Shown here: positions 59,432 to 64,000 of the stretch, piece after piece
Layout: each line of letters opens with the position of its first letter
Numbering within the stretch: position 1 is the first letter of the stretch
Assembly (NCBI GenBank): GCA_947478395.1
Contig: CANJVR010000008.1
Coordinates: 49,285 to 113,284, forward strand
From: Opitutia bacterium
GTDB lineage: Bacteria; Verrucomicrobiota; Verrucomicrobiia; Opitutales; Opitutaceae
DNA: 64,000 bases
Reading direction: 5' to 3'
Notes under the pieces: model-generated
The model's database searches: none
What the model saw: the letters and a program-made list of their open reading frames with translations, nothing else
What the model was told of the DNA's origin: nothing
Made by a program: the position numbers and the translations under genes

Positions 59432-61492
59432 TCATTGCGCCGACTCGTCGAGTTCGAGGCGGACGTAGTCGTAGATGATGCCGCTCCCGACCGGCCCGGC
59501 GGGGACGGTGAGCTTCAGCACGTTGGTGCCGGGCTTGAGCAATTTGGTGTCGAACGTGACTTCGCGTTCGTTCCAGAGCCCCTGGATGCCGTTGCCCATG
59601 CCGAAGGTCGAATCCTGCCGCAGTTGCTGGACGCTGCCCGCCGGTTGATCGTTCAACGTGACCTCGATGGCGCGCGTGCCGACGCCGCAGATCGCGAGGC
59701 GGAGCGTGGCCTTGCCGCCTTTCGGCGCGCTCGCGACGTCAAACGTAATGGCGCGGCCGGTCGCCACTCCTGTGATGGCCGGTGCGGCAGGACCGCGCGC
59801 GCCTCTGGCGGCAGGCGCTCCGGCCGCGGCGGGCCGCGGTGCGGCTGCGCGGGCGGCGTCCGCGGCCTCGGACGCGGCGATGGCGGCCGCATCGATTTGC
59901 GGCACGTGCTGATAATACCAGTCGCTGCGGAAATCGCTCTTGCCGACGACGAAGTTGGTGCCGTTCGGGAACAGTTTGGAATATTGCACGGGCATGCCGT
60001 CGTGGAAGTAGTCATCGCCCTTGAAGAACTCGCGCGCAGTGCGGTTCGGAACGCCGATTTCCCAGAGTTGTTTGCCTTTCCGGACGGGCGTCCAGGTGAG
60101 CTTGCTCAGGTCGAGCGGCTTGCCGGCTTCGACGACCACGTCGGTCTTGGTGTATTCGCCGAGCACGCCGTCCGCGAACGCGTGAAGCGTGTAGGTGCCG
60201 GGGCGGACGTGCGGGATGGCGAACTTGCCGTTGTCCTCGCCGCGGGTCCAGAACTGATAGAATTTCGCGTCCTCCTGCCAGTCGACCGTGCGGGCGGTGT
60301 TCTGCGCGCCGGGCGCCTGCGCGGCCGGGATCTCGTAGGCGGCGTGGGTGAGTCCGACGCGGACGGCGGACATCTTGGCGTTCGGATTCACGGGATCGGT
60401 GAGCACGAGCTGGCCACTGACGGTGGCGCGTTGTTCGCGTGGGACATAATCGACGCCCTTCACCCAGTCGTAAGGCCACTTGGCGGCTTCCTTCTTCTGC
60501 TGCGCGATCGCATCTCGTCGCATCGCCTGCGGATCGCCGCCGCTGTTTACGTAAACAAGGATCGGGCCGACGACCTTCACCCAGTGCTCGCCGGGTGCGA
60601 CTGTGACGTTGGCGCCGCCGTAGTGGGAACTGCGCCAGTAATTGAGCACGCAAGGTGCGGCGACGGCATTGGTGTCGCGGTGGCAGAGAAACTCCACCTT
60701 GGTCGGGCCACCGCTCATGTATTCCATTACGGGATTGACGACGAAGAAGCCGACGTTGCTCGTCGTGCTGGCCCAGCCGAAGGCGGGATTTTCCGACTGC
60801 AGCGTGGTGTAGTTGTATTTGTTTTCGCGCGCCGTCTTCGGGTAGAGCTTGTTCCGCTTCGGTGTGTCGTCGGCCAGCATCCAGTCGAACGTGTCGGCCA
60901 GCTTGAAACACACGCGCGCCTCGCCGAGCGTCGTGAGGCCGTAGTCGGCCTGGTGCTCGAAGATCGAGTAGGTGTAAACGCCCTGCGCGCCGCGCTCGAG
61001 GGCGAAGCGGATCTCGACGTCGGCCTCGAACTGGCCGTTGGCGTTGGAGCCGGGGCCGGTGCCCATCTTGCGGCCCTTCGCGAGGCCCTTGACGGAGACC
61101 TCGGCGCGCGCCCCCCCGTTCGACTTCGGGTCGATGGTGACTTTGGCGACGGCTGTCAGGGTGTTTTTCGGGCCCATGGCGTCGTGCGACCAGAAGCCGT
61201 ATTGGTGGTCGGTCATGCCGCGGTTGAGTCCCTCGTGGTTCATGCCAGGCGGATCCTTCTCAAGGTCGGGCGAGCCATCGGGCTTCAGGAACGTCGCGAG
61301 CATCTCCGCGTTTTTGTAACGCAGCGAAACGAGATCGCCGGAGGCTTTGGCGACGCGGGCGGTGACAATGCCGTTATCGAGCGTGTAAAGCTCGGCGGTC
61401 TCGGTGAGGGTGACGGAAGTGGCAGGCTGGGCGACCGCCGAAACGACGGCGAAAAGGCCAGCGGAGAGACATGGCCAGATTTTCGTTTTCAT
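59432..61492 (-). CDS. Polysaccharide lyase family 4 (rhamnogalacturonan lyase-like), secreted
   Basis: Signal peptide; NKYNY; EYMSGGPTK; SSHYG; GKFAIPHVRPGTYTLHA; IIYDYVRLE. Confidence 0.85.
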   Translation of the reverse strand: MKTKIWPCLSAGLFAVVSAVAQPATSVTLTETAELYTLDNGIVTARVAKASGDLVSLRYKNAEMLATFLKPDGSPDLEKDPPGMNHEGLNRGMTDHQYGFWSHDAMGPKNTLTAVAKVTIDPKSNGGARAEVSVKGLAKGRKMGTGPGSNANGQFEADVEIRFALERGAQGVYTYSIFEHQADYGLTTLGEARVCFKLADTFDWMLADDTPKRNKLYPKTARENKYNYTTLQSENPAFGWASTTSNVGFFVVNPVMEYMSGGPTKVEFLCHRDTNAVAAPCVLNYWRSSHYGGANVTVAPGEHWVKVVGPILVYVNSGGDPQAMRRDAIAQQKKEAAKWPYDWVKGVDYVPREQRATVSGQLVLTDPVNPNAKMSAVRVGLTHAAYEIPAAQAPGAQNTARTVDWQEDAKFYQFWTRGEDNGKFAIPHVRPGTYTLHAFADGVLGEYTKTDVVVEAGKPLDLSKLTWTPVRKGKQLWEIGVPNRTAREFFKGDDYFHDGMPVQYSKLFPNGTNFVVGKSDFRSDWYYQHVPQIDAAAIAASEAADAARAAAPRPAAAGAPAARGARGPAAPAITGVATGRAITFDVASAPKGGKATLRLAICGVGTRAIEVTLNDQPAGSVQQLRQDSTFGMGNGIQGLWNEREVTFDTKLLKPGTNVLKLTVPAGPVGSGIIYDYVRLELDESAQ

Positions 61493-63792
61493 GGATGGGG
61501 GAGATTTTTCGCCATCCACTCGATGGCGCGGGTTTGGGTGACAGCGGGGAGGCGTTGATAATCCTTGGGCTCGTCGAGGCCAAGTTTTTCGGCGGCGCCG
61601 AGGAGCGTGTAAGCTTTGCGGGCCTGCTCGACGGCGGCGTGCACGTCCGCGGCGTTGGCATCGCGATCCATCGACGGTTGCACGACGAGGACGGGGCGTG
61701 GCGCAATGGCGGCAAGCACGTCGTCGTAATCGTAGGGCACCTGCGCCTCGCGGCCGATGAAGAGGCCGAGCTGCGGGACGATCGGGCGGATGACACTCAC
61801 GCGGGCGAGGCCACCGGTGGGTTTCGCGGCGGTGTCGGTGCGCATCGGCGTGAAACCGGAAATGGAAACCACGCTCTTCACGCGCGGGTCGAGCGCGGCG
61901 GCGTGGAGTGCGACGGTGCCACCGATCGTGTAGCCGAAGAGGGAGATGTTCTGCGGATCGACGTTCGCGTCCTTCTCGAGCGCGTCGATGGCGGCGCGGG
62001 TGTCGTCGACCATCCGGCCGAGTTGCGACCACTTGGGCGTGCGGTCGTAGAACGGCGCGATCTCGGCCATGCGTGCGCCAAAGCCGCACTGGTCGAACGC
62101 GAGCACGGCGTAGCCGGCTTTCGCCAGCGCGAGCACCGGGTGAAGGTCGCGGCGGTAGACCCACATGTAGCCGAGCGGGTAGCTGTAGCCGTGCAGCCAG
62201 ATGACCGTGGGAAGTTTCTTATCCGGGGGCGTGCCGGCAGGATAATAGAGATCGGCGGTGATGCCGGCGCCGAACCGGATGCGCCGCGTATCGACGGCGA
62301 GCCGCTCGGGGTCCATCCAGCCGAACTCGATGAGATTGCGCCCGATCACCCAGCCGGGAACATCGGGCAGGAGCTGCCCGGGATTGGCGACGGGTTTCAT
62401 CGCGGTGGGCGTCGGGCCGCCACGACCGCCGCCACGTCCGGCGCGGCCGGGGCCGGCGGGGACGGTCGGCGGCGTTTCGCCGAGGAGCCAGGTAATCGCC
62501 TTCTTGGTGGTGGCGGAATTTTTTTCGACATCCGCCACGGAGGCGGCGGGCGTCGTGCGGGGAGGAAGCTTGGTGAGGTCGAGCTTGTTGCCGCCGTTCT
62601 TGACCCAGTCCTCGTAGCTCCACGCAAAGAGGAAATCGTTGCGCCACGTGCGCTTCGTGCGGCCGAACTGGATGTCGAGCCAGTCGATGCAGGCCTCGAT
62701 ATCGTTGGTGCCGTGAAACCCGGGGAGTCGCAGCAAGCTGATGCGGTCGGGCTGGCCGAGCGCGGCATAGACCTTTTGCGCCGAGTGGTAGGTCTGCTCG
62801 CTGCCCCAGACGTTGGAGACCTCGTCGTTGAGGCCGTAGTTCATGAGGATCGCGCGCGGCGCGATGAGGGCGACGAGGAGATTCGCATCCACCGGCAGGC
62901 GATCTTCGCGGCCGGAGAAAAAGCGGATCTGCGGGGCGAACCACAGCGGGAACATCCGCGTGGTCGTCTCGACGCCTTCGCCCATGCCGCGTTCGCCGGA
63001 GAGGCGCCACGCGAGCACGCCGCCGACGCCGGTGCTGCCGGCGACGACGGCGGCGATGCGCTCGTCGAAGGCGGCGGCGGTCGCGGCCATTTTGCCCCCG
63101 CGTGAGTAACCGGTGTTGGCGATGCGCGCCTTGTCGATCTCGGGTAAAGTGTAGAGATAGTCGATGACCAGCTGCACGGTCCACGCGCGCTGGCCCATCG
63201 TCGCGAAATCATGATTGGGGTAGAGCTCGGGGAGATTCGTCGCCTGATCGACACTGGAGGGATACTCACACGCCGCGTAGCCCCGGCGAATGAGCGAGGC
63301 GGCCGAACCGCCGCCGCCGATCAACACGGGAAACGGGCCCGGGCCTTCCGGCAGCGTTAGCGTGACCAGCGTGGTGATCTTGCTTTCGGGTCCGTATTCG
63401 AGGCGGACGGTCCGCGTGATAAAGCCGGCGCCCTTAGTTTCCTCGACGGGGACGATGCGGTCGATCTTCGGCTTGGGCGGCAGCGAGCCGATGACCCATT
63501 CTTCAAACAGCTGCTTGATCTCGGTGCGGCGCGCGGGCCAGTCGCCGGGCATTTTCACGGGGCGGCCGTCGAAAAACTTGAACGGGTCGGGCAGATAGTT
63601 CGCGCTGGGCAACGCATCGAAATCGGGCGGGAGCGTGCCGGTTTTTTTCTGCCATTCGGCAAAGGCGGGCTCCGGGGGGAGCGTCGTGATCATCCAATCG
63701 AGGTAGGCGCGACGCTGATCGGGCGTCAGGGAGCGCGCGGGGTTGCCCAACAGGCCGGCCGCGGCGAGCGCGACCAAAACATATTTTCGCAT
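61489..63792 (-). CDS. Secreted two-domain hydrolase: CE15/glucuronoyl-esterase-like plus a second alpha/beta-hydrolase
   Basis: LPDPFKFFDG; GYSRGGK; AAFDERI; LPVD..LIAPR; second domain WLHG...GYTIGG...IAPRP; ATGA overlap with the PL4 gene. Confidence 0.8.
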   Translation of the reverse strand: MRKYVLVALAAAGLLGNPARSLTPDQRRAYLDWMITTLPPEPAFAEWQKKTGTLPPDFDALPSANYLPDPFKFFDGRPVKMPGDWPARRTEIKQLFEEWVIGSLPPKPKIDRIVPVEETKGAGFITRTVRLEYGPESKITTLVTLTLPEGPGPFPVLIGGGGSAASLIRRGYAACEYPSSVDQATNLPELYPNHDFATMGQRAWTVQLVIDYLYTLPEIDKARIANTGYSRGGKMAATAAAFDERIAAVVAGSTGVGGVLAWRLSGERGMGEGVETTTRMFPLWFAPQIRFFSGREDRLPVDANLLVALIAPRAILMNYGLNDEVSNVWGSEQTYHSAQKVYAALGQPDRISLLRLPGFHGTNDIEACIDWLDIQFGRTKRTWRNDFLFAWSYEDWVKNGGNKLDLTKLPPRTTPAASVADVEKNSATTKKAITWLLGETPPTVPAGPGRAGRGGGRGGPTPTAMKPVANPGQLLPDVPGWVIGRNLIEFGWMDPERLAVDTRRIRFGAGITADLYYPAGTPPDKKLPTVIWLHGYSYPLGYMWVYRRDLHPVLALAKAGYAVLAFDQCGFGARMAEIAPFYDRTPKWSQLGRMVDDTRAAIDALEKDANVDPQNISLFGYTIGGTVALHAAALDPRVKSVVSISGFTPMRTDTAAKPTGGLARVSVIRPIVPQLGLFIGREAQVPYDYDDVLAAIAPRPVLVVQPSMDRDANAADVHAAVEQARKAYTLLGAAEKLGLDEPKDYQRLPAVTQTRAIEWMAKNLPHP

Positions 63793-64000
63793 GGGGATAA
63801 AAAGGTGACCGACGGGGCGGCCGAACGGCAAGCAACGGAGCGGGGAGGGCTCTGAGCGGGTCCCGAAAACTGGGCCAGGTGGAGGGTTAGTCTTTGGCTT
63901 GGTTTGATGTGCTGACTTCGGTGGTGGTTGGCAATCCTAAGCGGAGGGACGGACCGGCTTGGCGGTCCGTCCTGGAGCTTGGGATTGCCAAAGATTTCCC

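Noticed and set aside
61493..62164. 910-aa version of the PL4 ORF
   Set aside because: The upstream part overlaps the hydrolase gene in another frame; the signal peptide begins at ATG 61492.

Overview
GC-rich bacterial chromosomal segment. Gene order (lysS-lolC/E-lolD-oxidoreductase-lpxB; rplY-pth-rpsF-ssb-rplI-dnaB-bamA-skp) and a DUF1592/DUF1552 pair suggest Verrucomicrobiota, probably Opitutaceae; this is inference, no search was run. About 55 CDS are supported. They cover housekeeping (engB, lipA/lipB, lysS, lpxB, hemA, rlmJ, rapA, dnaB, bamA, ribosomal proteins), plant-polysaccharide enzymes (two PL4-type lyases, a CE15-like double hydrolase, an esterase, MFS transporters) and stress/repair genes (SRAP, a WYL regulator with a divergent partner, Hsp20, a Suv3-like helicase). 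Also present are a Tgt-MnmC-methyltransferase fusion, tRNA-Asn(GTT), a probable 6S RNA and a decayed receiver-domain pseudogene. No CRISPR array, intact transposase, integrase or prophage was seen. The most unusual signals are non-coding: (1) a recurrent 19-25 bp palindrome TGTCACTTAWTARGTGACA; (2) six copies of a ~130-bp CTAG-ended MITE-like element carrying a GTAG-REP hairpin; (3) heptamer-repeat hairpins, one inserted in frame in rsmB; (4) a sigma-54 promoter with a Cys-Cys small ORF ahead of hsp20; (5) a PafBC-like promoter in front of the WYL-divergent gene.
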